Source of the DNA: Cyanobacteria bacterium P01_A01_bin.123
Lineage (GTDB): Bacteria > Cyanobacteriota > Cyanobacteriia > Phormidesmidales > Phormidesmidaceae
Assembly (NCBI GenBank): GCA_039815185.1
Contig: JBCBZT010000019.1
Location: 32,001-96,000, forward strand
Direction: 5' to 3'
DNA length: 64,000 nucleotides
The translations under genes were made by a program, and so were the position numbers. The number at the start of each line of letters is the position of its first letter. Positions within the stretch are counted from its first letter, which is position 1. The notes beneath the pieces were generated by a model. The model made no database searches. It was not told the DNA's origin and saw nothing but the letters and a program-made list of their open reading frames with translations. Shown piece by piece: positions 44,993 through 54,455 of the stretch.

Positions 44993-45068
44993 TAAATCTT
45001 GGCCACATTGAAATCCGCTGATTTCTCCAAGTTGAAAGCTCAAGCTAGCTTTCAATTGGACGTGGTCT
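44993..45068 (+). repeat. family A repeat in the lysA leader
   Basis: TAAATCTTGGCCACATTGAAATCCG...AAAGCTCAAG...TTTCAATTGGACGTGGTCT, just after a TACAAT -10-like hexamer. Confidence 0.65.
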
Positions 45069-45124
45069 ATGTCTGGGTTTTTCGCCCACTGCCCGTTGCC
45101 CCAGTATTTATTGCTTAAAGCCCC

Positions 45125-46567
45125 ATGGTTTTTTCGCCTGCCGCTGCTGAATCGGCTCGTACTAGTCGCCAATATCTACCCCAAACTCAATCTACACAAC
45201 CTCAATCGAGTGAAGATTTGGAAAGAACGTCTTCCCCAAATCAGTCGTTACTGCCGCTGTCGGCCCAGGTAAATGCTGCTGATCATTTAGAAATTGGGGG
45301 CTGTGATGTGGTGGAATTGGTGCAGCGCTTTGGGTCCCCCCTCTATGTTTTAGATGAGGCAACTCTGAGGTTAGCTTGCCAACAGTATCGTAATGCCTTT
45401 AGGCGCTACTACCCTGGCGACTCGCTGGTACTTTATGCCTCTAAAGCCTGGAACTGCTTGGCCGTATGCACCATTGTGGCTAGTGAGTCGTTGGGTATCG
45501 ATGTAGTCTCTGGGGGAGAGCTGTACACAGCGCTCAAGGCTGGCGTTAGCGCTGACCAACTCTACCTCCACGGCAATAATAAATCTGAAGCCGAATTGCT
45601 GATAGCTTTAGAGTCAAATGCCCGCATCGTAGTGGACAATTGGTTTGAATTAGAAACTTTGGTGAAGTTGGCGATCGCGCGCGATCGCCTCGTACCAATT
45701 TTGCTGAGGTTGACCCCCGGCATCGAGTGCCACACCCACGAATACATTCGCACGGGGCACATTGACAGCAAATTTGGCTTTGATCCCGATCAGCTTGAGT
45801 CAGTTTTTGAGTTTGTTAGTAAACAGCCCAACCTAAACTGTCTTGGGCTCCATGCCCATATTGGCTCTCAAATATTCGAACTGGATCCCCACAGTGATCT
45901 TGCCGGGGTGATGGTGAAGTGGCTCCAACGAGCCCATGCCTATGGTTTGACCCTCAAAGAACTGGATGTGGGGGGTGGCCTCGGCATCTGCTACACCGAA
46001 GCGGATGACCCCCCCAGCATTGACCAGTGGTGTAAAACGGTGTGCCAGGGAATTTTGGCCGCCTGTCAAGCCCAACAACTGCCGCTCCCCAAACTGCTGT
46101 GCGAACCAGGGCGCTCCCTAATCGGCAGTGCTTGTGTTACCGCCTACACCGTGGGTAGCCAGAAGCATGTTCCTAATTTGCGCCATTACGTTGCGGTGGA
46201 TGGCGGCATGTCAGATAATCCCAGACCCATTACTTATCAGGCGGTGACGCGCGCGCTGTTAGCCAACAAGCTATCGGCCCCTCTAACCGAAACCATAACC
46301 CTTGCCGGCAAGCACTGTGAATCGGGTGACATTGTGATTGAGGACGCCTCCCTGCCCCCAGTTAATGCTGGAGACATTATCGCAATCGCCGCTACCGGGG
46401 CTTACAACTACAGCATGGCCTCTAATTACAACCGTGTCCCGCGTCCTGCTGCAGTCGTTGTTAATCGGGGTGAAGCCGAGCTGATTTTGCAGCGTGAAAC
46501 CTATGAAGATTTAGTACGTCAAGATTGTTTGCCAACGCGGTTGATGGAAACTCAGCCAGATCAGTAA
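45125..46567 (+). CDS. lysA: diaminopimelate decarboxylase
   Basis: YASKA, HGNNKS, SKFG, HAHIGSQ, EPGRS, HCESGD, GAYNYSMASNYN. Confidence 0.97.
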   Translation: MVFSPAAAESARTSRQYLPQTQSTQPQSSEDLERTSSPNQSLLPLSAQVNAADHLEIGGCDVVELVQRFGSPLYVLDEATLRLACQQYRNAFRRYYPGDSLVLYASKAWNCLAVCTIVASESLGIDVVSGGELYTALKAGVSADQLYLHGNNKSEAELLIALESNARIVVDNWFELETLVKLAIARDRLVPILLRLTPGIECHTHEYIRTGHIDSKFGFDPDQLESVFEFVSKQPNLNCLGLHAHIGSQIFELDPHSDLAGVMVKWLQRAHAYGLTLKELDVGGGLGICYTEADDPPSIDQWCKTVCQGILAACQAQQLPLPKLLCEPGRSLIGSACVTAYTVGSQKHVPNLRHYVAVDGGMSDNPRPITYQAVTRALLANKLSAPLTETITLAGKHCESGDIVIEDASLPPVNAGDIIAIAATGAYNYSMASNYNRVPRPAAVVVNRGEAELILQRETYEDLVRQDCLPTRLMETQPDQ

Positions 46568-46927
46568 CAGTCAGATCAGGAAGTAGTGGATAAGTCGACA
46601 GCGGCTCGGTAGTTGGCCTTAATCACTGATAAGACTGCTCTGATGAGCTATTGAATACAGTGTTCAGTTGCCGATCGCGATCACTCAAGTCAGATGATTC
46701 AAGCTCATAAATCACCCTAAACTGTTAGCGGAGAGACTTCTCCCGTCTACCCGGACGTTTATCCCAGCCCGGAGAAGTCATGCTTGCTCCTGAGTCAGGC
46801 AGATTTTGTCAGAACGGCTCAATGTTTTGCAGAATTGTGTAGGGTAAAGGGCAACTGCAGTGTTCAATAATCGGACACTCTGCTGAGGAGGCATCCGCTG
46901 CCCATAACGTATTGTCAGGCTCAGCAA

Positions 46928-47854
46928 ATGGCAAATGATGGATGGGAGCAATGGCTACTATATCTCGATGATTTTCGGCGGTTTTTGCTTCCCGTCATCG
47001 ACATTGCACTAGTGCTAATGCTGATCTACATGGTGCTCGTCGTGATTGGGGAACGACGGACGCTTTGGATGGTTAGAGGTCTGATTTTCTTAATCCTAGC
47101 GGCTTGGTTGAGCAAACAGTTGCAGTTAACCCTGTTAGGGTTTGCCCTCGATAATTTGGTGATCGGCTCTGCGGTGGCAATGGCCTTTATCTTGCAGGCG
47201 GAATTCCGTCGTTTGCTCGAACAAATTGGCCGGGGGGAATTTTTCCAGTTGTTTAAGCCCTCTAGTGAAGCCTTGCCGAAATCTGATAACGTCATTGATG
47301 AAATTGCGGATGCGGTCAAGGAACTCTCCCAAAATCGCACTGGGGCCATTTTGATTTTGGAAACAAACCGCCCCATTGATGAGCGTGATTTTTCGGTGCC
47401 GGGGGTTAAACTCAATGCCGAGGTTTCTAAGGAACTGATTCAAACTATTTTTCAGACCTCAACGCTGCTGCACGATGGGGCAGTGCTGATTCGGGCCTCT
47501 CGAATTATGTCGGCAGGCGTGATTTTACCGATTTCTGAACGGACGGCTTCTCGTCAGTTAGGCACACGCCACCGGGCAGCTATGGGCATTACAGAACGGG
47601 TGGAAAATTGCATTTGTGTTGTGGTTTCGGAAGAGACGGGATCGATCTCAGTGGTAGAGGGGGGGGTGCTCAATCGCCCGCTGACCAGCAGTAAGTTGAA
47701 AGATCTGCTGCGATCGCGCTTCTCCCAGTCGGTAGACCACGAAGCGGTGGCTCCCCAACTGAGAAGTTTGGGGCGGCAACTGCTCAGCCAATTGATTCAA
47801 CTCTTTTCACGGCTTTTTCGCCTGCCATCATCGGCTCCTCGGGAGAAAAAATGA
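46928..47854 (+). CDS. cdaA: diadenylate cyclase CdaA
   Basis: Three TM helices, LHDGAV, GTRHRAA, VSEETG. Confidence 0.95.
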   Translation: MANDGWEQWLLYLDDFRRFLLPVIDIALVLMLIYMVLVVIGERRTLWMVRGLIFLILAAWLSKQLQLTLLGFALDNLVIGSAVAMAFILQAEFRRLLEQIGRGEFFQLFKPSSEALPKSDNVIDEIADAVKELSQNRTGAILILETNRPIDERDFSVPGVKLNAEVSKELIQTIFQTSTLLHDGAVLIRASRIMSAGVILPISERTASRQLGTRHRAAMGITERVENCICVVVSEETGSISVVEGGVLNRPLTSSKLKDLLRSRFSQSVDHEAVAPQLRSLGRQLLSQLIQLFSRLFRLPSSAPREKK

Positions 47855-48600
47855 CCGCAAAATACCCCGTTCAGTATGCTCTGCCTGACGACCTCCGCCG
47901 CGATCGCCTGCCGCGCCATGTGGCCGTGATCATGGATGGGAATCGCCGCTGGGCCCAGCAGCGAGACTTACCCAGCATTGCGGCCTATCGTCAGGGGATA
48001 GACAGCCTCAAACAACTGTTACGCTGTAGCCAAAACTGGGGCATTGAAGCACTGACGGCCTACGCCTTTTCGAGCGAAAATTGTGAAGGCCCCTTAGAAG
48101 AAGTCAATGCTTTAGAGGTATTGATTGAAGGGATGCTCCACCAAGAACTGGCTAACTTAAGTGACCACAATGTTTGCATTCGCTTTGTCGGCAATCTAGA
48201 TGGCTTACCCCAACCTCTCCAAGAGGCCGTTGAGCACGCCGTTACTAAAACAACAGACAATCCAGGGGTCAGATTTACCCTTGCAAGCAACTATGGCGGA
48301 CGCCAGGAAATTGTGGATGCCTGTCGGACAATCGCAGCCCTGGTTAAACACGGCAACATGGTTCCTGAAGATATTGATGAGCAGCTGTTTGGCCGCCATC
48401 TTTACACTGCTGAACTGTGCGACCCAGACTTGTTGATTCGCACCAGTGGGGAAATGCGGATTAGCAATTTTTTGCTGTGGCAACTCGCCTATGCCGAACT
48501 GTTTGTCACGGAGACCCTATGGCCCGATTTTGGTCTAAGCGAATTTCACCAGGCGATCGCGGCTTATCAACAACGCGATCGCCGTTTTGGTAGAGTGTAA
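47851..48600 (+). CDS. uppS: cis-prenyltransferase (UppS family) with a divergent active site
   Basis: HVAVIMDGN, YAFSSEN, NYGGR, DLLIRTSGE.RISNFLLWQ, RRFG; overlaps the cdaA stop. Confidence 0.9.
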   Translation: MTAKYPVQYALPDDLRRDRLPRHVAVIMDGNRRWAQQRDLPSIAAYRQGIDSLKQLLRCSQNWGIEALTAYAFSSENCEGPLEEVNALEVLIEGMLHQELANLSDHNVCIRFVGNLDGLPQPLQEAVEHAVTKTTDNPGVRFTLASNYGGRQEIVDACRTIAALVKHGNMVPEDIDEQLFGRHLYTAELCDPDLLIRTSGEMRISNFLLWQLAYAELFVTETLWPDFGLSEFHQAIAAYQQRDRRFGRV

Positions 48601-48601
48601 T

Positions 48602-49423
48602 TCAGCCCAGGATGGCCTCTGATGGCTCCGGCCCGTAAATATAGTTGTATTCAAACTGAAATGAGTTGGCATGACGAATAATGCTAAAGCCAAAGTTAGT
48701 AACCGTTTCTGTTGTGAATGTGGCTATCACTAGCTCCACCAATCGTTTGCCGCTGATGTCAGGCTGCTGGACATAGTAGTCACGACGGGCAAAAAAACGT
48801 CCTTCATCCTTGGGTACAATGATGCTGTTGATGCGATGGGTATGCCGAATCGGTTTAATATAAGTTTTGATAAAGTCTTCTTGGCTAATTTGTAATCGAT
48901 AGAGTCGTTCTTGCTGCGACCAGCTCATCTGAAAGATCTGCTTGATCAGCTCAAACCCCAATACATAGTTAAAGACACTACTGCGTTCTTCAGAACTGGC
49001 AACTAGTTTAAGGGCTGACTCAAGATACAAATCAGGCTGCTGTCTCATATCTTGGGCAGAGTGAATATAAAATTGACGAATGTAGCTTCTTAAGACGGTT
49101 TCACTCAAATCCGTGTTGATCCGAAACTGTTTTAGATAGACATTAACTCGCTGCTGTGTATCGCGGTCTTGAATGATGCGTGAGACCAAACCATCGGCAG
49201 TGTAGTCGTCAAGAAACTCCGCCTGCATCTCCGGCGGCGTGGCACACATCAAATGACAAAGAGACAGCACGTAACGACGCTGTGCCCAAGGTAAACTCTG
49301 TAACCAGTGCCTAGCCTGGAGCGGCAAAGCTCCTAAAACACCATCGGAATCGATCCGGTCTAAAAACGCCATAAAGCCCTGTGGAGAAGCCTGTTTGATT
49401 AGTGTATCAGTGGCTTTAGTCAT
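48602..49423 (-). CDS. hypothetical protein
   Basis: 273-aa ORF, no motif I recognise with certainty. Confidence 0.8.
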   Translation of the reverse strand: MTKATDTLIKQASPQGFMAFLDRIDSDGVLGALPLQARHWLQSLPWAQRRYVLSLCHLMCATPPEMQAEFLDDYTADGLVSRIIQDRDTQQRVNVYLKQFRINTDLSETVLRSYIRQFYIHSAQDMRQQPDLYLESALKLVASSEERSSVFNYVLGFELIKQIFQMSWSQQERLYRLQISQEDFIKTYIKPIRHTHRINSIIVPKDEGRFFARRDYYVQQPDISGKRLVELVIATFTTETVTNFGFSIIRHANSFQFEYNYIYGPEPSEAILG

Positions 49424-49689
49424 TAACTTTGGTCGGTGATTTTGGCGATCGCCAGAGAATAACGTCGCGATGGTTTCCCAAGGCTAGTCTTTAAGCATCG
49501 CCCACCCTAGCGGGGCTAAATCGAGTCTCGATGCCATTGCACCCATCTGTCTCCCACAACACACCTGTTCTGGCGTTCACCTGTGCTATTTCTAGAAAAC
49601 CCAAATTCTCAACTCAATTTACAGCAGTTTGAGGGAAATCTTGCATCGCCCACATCTGTGCTCTATCGGTTGGGAAAATCACCCATCAA

Positions 49690-50280
49690 TCAGTCGCTGT
49701 AGCGCTCTTGGGCCCAGGGTTCTCCCCGTTGGTGATAGCCGTTTCGTTCCCAAAAGCCCGACGCACCCTCATCTAAAAATTCAATGCCGTTAATCCATTT
49801 GGCACTTTTCCAAGCGTAAAGATGCGGCACAACCAGCCGCATAGGCCCCCCGTGTTCAGCTGGAAGCGGTTCGCCAAATAGGCTATGGGCAAAGAAATTC
49901 TCTTCGCGGACAAAATCATCTAAGGATAGGTTGGTGGTGTATCCGCCATAGCAGTGCTGCATGATATGAACCGCCGCAGGATCCATTTCAATCGCCTGCA
50001 TAAAGTCGACGACTTTGACACCACGCCATTTGACATCCAGCTTTGACCAAGTCGTAACGCAGTGGAAATCAGCCGTGAAGTCATGCTGGGGTAAAGCCAT
50101 AAACGCCTCCCAGCTAAAGGTCTTGGGCTTTGCTAGCCCTGAAACCGTGAAGCACCACTGGCTCTGATCAATCTGGGGTGTATCGCCATAGGTCAATACG
50201 GGAAACCCGCTGGCAAGATGCTGACCAGGGGGAACTCGATCGGCGAGTTCAGGCCCAGGTTTGTGGAAGAACTTTCCCAT
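49690..50280 (-). CDS. sulfite-oxidase-like molybdopterin-dependent oxidoreductase
   Basis: RVPPGQ, DFHCVTTWS, EHGGPMRLVVP..YAWKSAKW, GFWERNGYH. Confidence 0.92.
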   Translation of the reverse strand: MGKFFHKPGPELADRVPPGQHLASGFPVLTYGDTPQIDQSQWCFTVSGLAKPKTFSWEAFMALPQHDFTADFHCVTTWSKLDVKWRGVKVVDFMQAIEMDPAAVHIMQHCYGGYTTNLSLDDFVREENFFAHSLFGEPLPAEHGGPMRLVVPHLYAWKSAKWINGIEFLDEGASGFWERNGYHQRGEPWAQERYSD

Positions 50281-50300
50281 CAGCAGTTGTCCTCAAGAGC

Positions 50301-50396
50301 TAAACCTCATCTCCATCAAGATCCGCAGCTCTCCTAAGCTAAATGCTCAAGAGTCGTTGCTCAAGCTAGAACCTAAGTTCTATAAGATGTGATTTA
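50301..50396 (+). repeat. family A repeat, long form
   Basis: TAAACCTCATCTCCATCAAGATCCGCAGCTCTCCTAAGCTAAATGCTCAAG...AAGCTAGAACCTAAG...AGATGTGATTTA. Confidence 0.65.
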
Positions 50397-50399
50397 GTC

Positions 50400-50579
50400 T
50401 TACTCTTCATCCTCATCATCGTCGTCATCAGTGTTGTAGACAAAGCTACTGGAGCGATCGGTCAAGACAGACTTACCTAGGGATAGCGCTCTTTGAGCTT
50501 GCAGAGAAGCTTTTCGCTTCCACGTAGCACGACGCATGCTGCGCTTAGACTTTGAGGTTTTCTTCTTCGGAACCGCCAT
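50400..50579 (-). CDS. rpmF: 50S ribosomal protein L32
   Basis: Manual translation [59 protein letters not shown] (59 aa, absent from the ORF track). Confidence 0.97.
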   Translation of the reverse strand: MAVPKKKTSKSKRSMRRATWKRKASLQAQRALSLGKSVLTDRSSSFVYNTDDDDDEDEE

Positions 50580-50785
50580 GATTCGGGTTATTTATAACTT
50601 CACAACCTTCCGATTGTAGGCTATCTGTCTAAGATAGTCACCTATTTTTTGCATCGAGTCCACGGATTGCCTAACCCCCGGTGTCGCGTTGAAATCCTTA
50701 GCGCGGACTTGAGAACAGTCGGCTCGATCGAGCAAGATAGAATTCCTGATTCTCTCAAAGTAATCCTGCTGGCGATCGCTGCAAA

Positions 50786-50890
50786 TATAGCGGTAGCCAA
50801 AAAGCTTTGTGCGCTATCACGAGCCAGATTGCTTGTGAACTCAGCATCCTGGTGATACTCGGTGCATTAAGCAATCTGGCCAGCGCTATG
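50786..50890 (+). mobile_element. family B ~105-bp element, copy 2
   Basis: TATAGCGGTAGCC...GCCAGATTGCTT...AAGCAATCTGGCCAGCGCTAT. Confidence 0.85.
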
Positions 50891-50928
50891 TTAAACAACA
50901 TCCAGACAGTTGCTATCGATTTCTGGGA

Positions 50929-52164
50929 TTAAATTTCCTCCGAGGGAAAAGACTGCTGAACTAGAAATTCCCGGATCGCGGCGTTTTCTGTCAACCCAAT
51001 TGCTCGGGAATAAGCCTGCTGAGCCGCTGTGTTTTGTCCCAGACGCTTGAGTAAATAGGCTTTTAAGGCCCAATAGGGCTGATAAGTTTTCACGGCATCT
51101 TCAGGCAGGGCGGTTAGCAACGATAAGCCTTGTTCAACGGTCTGGGCTTCAGCGATCGCAGCGGCATGCCCCACAAACGCTCCTAGGGTCGGCGATAGTT
51201 GAATCAACCCTGCATAGAGCAGCGCCAACGCGGACCAATCCGTGTTTTGCACCACAGCTCGCTGGGCATGAATCGATTGAATCGCTGCTTCTAACTGGAA
51301 TCGCCCCATGGTTTTGAAGGTAGCAGCTTTAGCCAGTTCTCGTTCGGCTTCATCGATCATTGCTTGCGACCATAGCTGAGTATCCTGTTCTGACAAGGGC
51401 ACATAGGTACCCCTGTCAGTTCTGCGCGCTTTGCGGCGAGACTCACAATAAAGCATTAAAGCCAGCAGCCCCCGCGCTTCCGGTTCTGTCGGCATCAGTT
51501 GCACACACAAGCGCGCTAACCAGATGGCTTCTTCGGCCAATCCCTGATGCCTCGGATCACCGCCCATTACAGTTTCCCATCCGTTGGTATAGGCTGCATA
51601 GATTGCCGCGAGTACTGCATTTAAGCGCGTGGGTAAATCTGTCGTGGCGGGAATTTCAAAGGCAATGCCGGCATCGCGAATTTTGGCCTTGGCTCGCACT
51701 AAACGCTGGCCCATCGTCGCAGGGGCCACCAAAAATGCAGAGGCAATTTGTATTGCATTCAAGCCCAACACCGTTTGCAACATCAAAGGGGTGTGGACGG
51801 CGGCATCGATAGCTGGATGAGCACAGATGAATAACAGTTTCAGGCGATCGTCAGGAAAAGAGACGGCTTCTAACTCGGGTTCAGTCTGCAAAGCGAATCC
51901 GGGCAACTGCAACGTATGGACTACTCGGTCATTCACTTGAATGCGCCGAGCTGTGTCAATTAATCGACGACGGGCGGTCACCAGTAACCAGGCTTCAGGA
52001 TTTTTGGGGACTCCTGTTTCGGGCCAGGTTTTGAGGGCTGCTAAGAAAGCATCGCCGAGGGCATCCTCTGCTGCTGCAACATCCCGCGATCGCGTCGCTA
52101 GATAAGCCACCAATCGCCCATAGGAGTTGCGGGCTGCCAATTCTGCCGCTCGACGTGCATTCAT
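50929..52164 (-). CDS. ECF sigma factor with a C-terminal TPR-like extension (ECF42-like)
   Basis: AEDALGDAF, WLLVTARRRLID, DDRLKLLFICAHP, QRLVRAKAKIR, EQDTQLW. Confidence 0.9.
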   Translation of the reverse strand: MNARRAAELAARNSYGRLVAYLATRSRDVAAAEDALGDAFLAALKTWPETGVPKNPEAWLLVTARRRLIDTARRIQVNDRVVHTLQLPGFALQTEPELEAVSFPDDRLKLLFICAHPAIDAAVHTPLMLQTVLGLNAIQIASAFLVAPATMGQRLVRAKAKIRDAGIAFEIPATTDLPTRLNAVLAAIYAAYTNGWETVMGGDPRHQGLAEEAIWLARLCVQLMPTEPEARGLLALMLYCESRRKARRTDRGTYVPLSEQDTQLWSQAMIDEAERELAKAATFKTMGRFQLEAAIQSIHAQRAVVQNTDWSALALLYAGLIQLSPTLGAFVGHAAAIAEAQTVEQGLSLLTALPEDAVKTYQPYWALKAYLLKRLGQNTAAQQAYSRAIGLTENAAIREFLVQQSFPSEEI

Positions 52165-52173
52165 CAGCGTAAA

Positions 52174-52791
52174 TTACCCCTGAGGCGCAGTTTTCTGCCA
52201 AGCCGGTAGTGCCTCAATCCGAGCGTACCAATTGCGAATGTGCCCATAATCATCCAGTGGAAACTGTCCTGGCACAGCATAGGTCAAATCGCTGGCCACC
52301 GAAAAGTCGGCCAGGGTCAGGGAGTTGCCCACCAAAAATTCTCGGTCGGCCAGATGGGTATCTAACATGCTGGCTTCTTTGTGGAAGCTTTCGGTAGCCT
52401 GCTGCACCACGTGCAAATCAGGTTCTCCCAATTGCAAAAGCGGTTTGACGTGGTTCTCATACTGCAACGGTTGGCAACTGGGATACCAGTGGGCCAACTG
52501 CCAACTTTGCCAACGCATAATATCAGCCCGGAGTTGCAAACCCTCAGGCCAGAGGGAATTGGGCACCTGGCTGGCTAGATATTGCATGATGGCGGTAGAT
52601 TCCCAAAGCGCGAAGTCACCATCGGTTAAAACAGGGGTGCGCCCAGTGGGATTCAGCGAGAGAAATTCGGCGGTGCGCTGATCACCTTTTTGCAAATCTA
52701 CCAGCCGCAGGTCTAACGGCAAATCGAGGTGGATAACGACGGCATGGGCTCTGCGCGTGTTGGGTGAAGGCGGAAAGTAATAGAGTTTCAT
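52174..52791 (-). CDS. glutathione S-transferase family protein
   Basis: SPN, LNPTGRTPVL, LWESTAIMQYL, LTLADF. Confidence 0.93.
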   Translation of the reverse strand: MKLYYFPPSPNTRRAHAVVIHLDLPLDLRLVDLQKGDQRTAEFLSLNPTGRTPVLTDGDFALWESTAIMQYLASQVPNSLWPEGLQLRADIMRWQSWQLAHWYPSCQPLQYENHVKPLLQLGEPDLHVVQQATESFHKEASMLDTHLADREFLVGNSLTLADFSVASDLTYAVPGQFPLDDYGHIRNWYARIEALPAWQKTAPQG

Positions 52792-52798
52792 GCTAGTT

Positions 52799-53143
52799 CT
52801 AAGCCTCTGAGTTCATCGGTAAGAGCGGACGGACTTCAACGACGCAGTGGCTCGCCGCCGGGCAGCGGGCGGCCCAATCGAGGGCGACATCCAAATCGGG
52901 AACATCAATAATAAAGAACCCGCCCAGTTGCTCTTTCGTGTCGGCGTAGGGGCCATCTTGAACCTGACGTTGTCCGTCTTTCAGGCGGATTGTGGTGCCG
53001 GTATGACTGGGATGCAGGGCTGCGCCACCCGCAATCACACCCGCTTCAGATAACGCTTGAGAGTAGGCGTTGTAGGCGGGCATATGGCGATCGCGGTTGG
53101 CAAAATCCGCTGCCGTTTCGTAAACCAAAATTGCGTACTTCAT
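52799..53143 (-). CDS. YciI/DGPF family protein
   Basis: DGPYADTKEQLGGF, WAARCP, VEVRP. Confidence 0.93.
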   Translation of the reverse strand: MKYAILVYETAADFANRDRHMPAYNAYSQALSEAGVIAGGAALHPSHTGTTIRLKDGQRQVQDGPYADTKEQLGGFFIIDVPDLDVALDWAARCPAASHCVVEVRPLLPMNSEA

Positions 53144-53541
53144 TGGACTCTGTCCATCTTGGGTGGTTTAACGCACAAACTATTCTGTGCGTTCTACTGC
53201 TATGACGAACGAGATGCCACCATTTCGACAGATGTACCCAAAAGACACCCGATGATTGTCAACGAAGCGGGCAGGGGTCAGCCATTAATCTGAGAAATTA
53301 GGCCAAAACGTCAGCAGTGACTAAGGCTACTTAGACACTACAGGTAGCCTTCCAATTTAGTGTCTATGTAATGTTGTCGAGATTAATAAAGGAGTTGTCT
53401 CTAAGAAAGCATGACTTTAAACTTCTGGACAACTTCGATTTTGGTTGATCATATATTTGCTTGAACGGGGTATATCAAAGAGAGGTAAGCCGCTGTAATC
53501 GTTAGTTTTATCACGTCCTACCGTCCAATATAGAGAAGCAG

Positions 53542-53856
53542 ATGGATACCTTAGTCATTACAGAAGCCTTTATTACACCCTTCAAATTTTGGCACGATGG
53601 GCAAATCACCACCGGGATGTGCTTCCGCAATGAATTGTTTGGACAGGTAATAGTCGCTTCAGCCCAAGAGCGGGACGGGTTCTTTCAGCAACTCGACCGA
53701 TTGAATCCAAATGCATCAGACGTGGTGATTACAGCTTCTAAGGAGCGCTATATTGCCTGGGTAAACTTGAAAACTCCCCTAGCAGTTCATCTGCTTGCTC
53801 AATCTGAGCCCCCAGTGACTGAACGCTCCCAGGCTTTGGCGCTGCAAGTTGTTTAG
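53542..53856 (+). CDS. hypothetical protein
   Basis: 104-aa ORF with a purine-rich RBS; PFKFW...GMCFRNELF...YIAWVNL. Confidence 0.75.
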   Translation: MDTLVITEAFITPFKFWHDGQITTGMCFRNELFGQVIVASAQERDGFFQQLDRLNPNASDVVITASKERYIAWVNLKTPLAVHLLAQSEPPVTERSQALALQVV

Positions 53857-53962
53857 CAGAGCCTTGACGGGACGCAAGATTCTGGCTGCCGCTCAAGGTT
53901 GCAAATGCAGATGGGGTTTATCAGGTTTCCAACTCAATCTTAGTTAGATGCCGAGCCGCTAT

Positions 53963-54235
53963 TCATGATCTATCGGTGGTTGAGCGGTCATTCCCTTCGT
54001 CATCAATCAGGTTTGTTTTAGAAAATTTCAGGCTTTTCCAAAGCTGTTTAATTTGGTCGTAGGCCTCTTCGCCAGAAAGTTTTCCGCCCGTTTCTAAATT
54101 GCAAATTAAAGAAACCCGCTGGGCAAATTCTTGCAGATTGGCATTGAACGCTAAATTACCGGGTGTGAAATCCCCTCGATAGCGGCTCTTAGGATAAAGA
54201 AAGTCATCTTTGGAAGGGGACTGATCGTCTGACAT
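53963..54235 (-). CDS. small conserved cyanobacterial hypothetical protein
   Basis: FLYPKSRYRGDFTP.NLAFNANLQEFAQRVSLICNLETGGK. Confidence 0.85.
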   Translation of the reverse strand: MSDDQSPSKDDFLYPKSRYRGDFTPGNLAFNANLQEFAQRVSLICNLETGGKLSGEEAYDQIKQLWKSLKFSKTNLIDDEGNDRSTTDRS

Positions 54236-54330
54236 AAGGCCTCATGGGTATCACGACTGCAACAACAAAGCTGAGCTAAGTTCATCCAATAAATTGCGAT
54301 GGAAATACGGCGCAGATCTCAAATTCGATT

Positions 54331-54401
54331 TAAACCTTGGCCCACCCAGAGCTACAATTTTTCCTGAGCTAAAACTCAAGTTGGCAAATTGCATGGGGTT
54401 T
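54331..54401 (+). repeat. family A repeat
   Basis: TAAACCTTGGCCCACCCAGAGCTACAATTTTTCCTGAGCTAAAACTCAAGTTGGCAAATTGCATGGGGTTT. Confidence 0.75.
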
Positions 54402-54455
54402 AGCTAAATCCTAGAGGATTATTGCTCGAAAGACGAGGGCGTTCCTCGGCCAGAA

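Noticed and set aside
46568..46927. c-di-AMP (ydaO) riboswitch upstream of cdaA
   Set aside because: The conserved ydaO sequence blocks are not recognisable.
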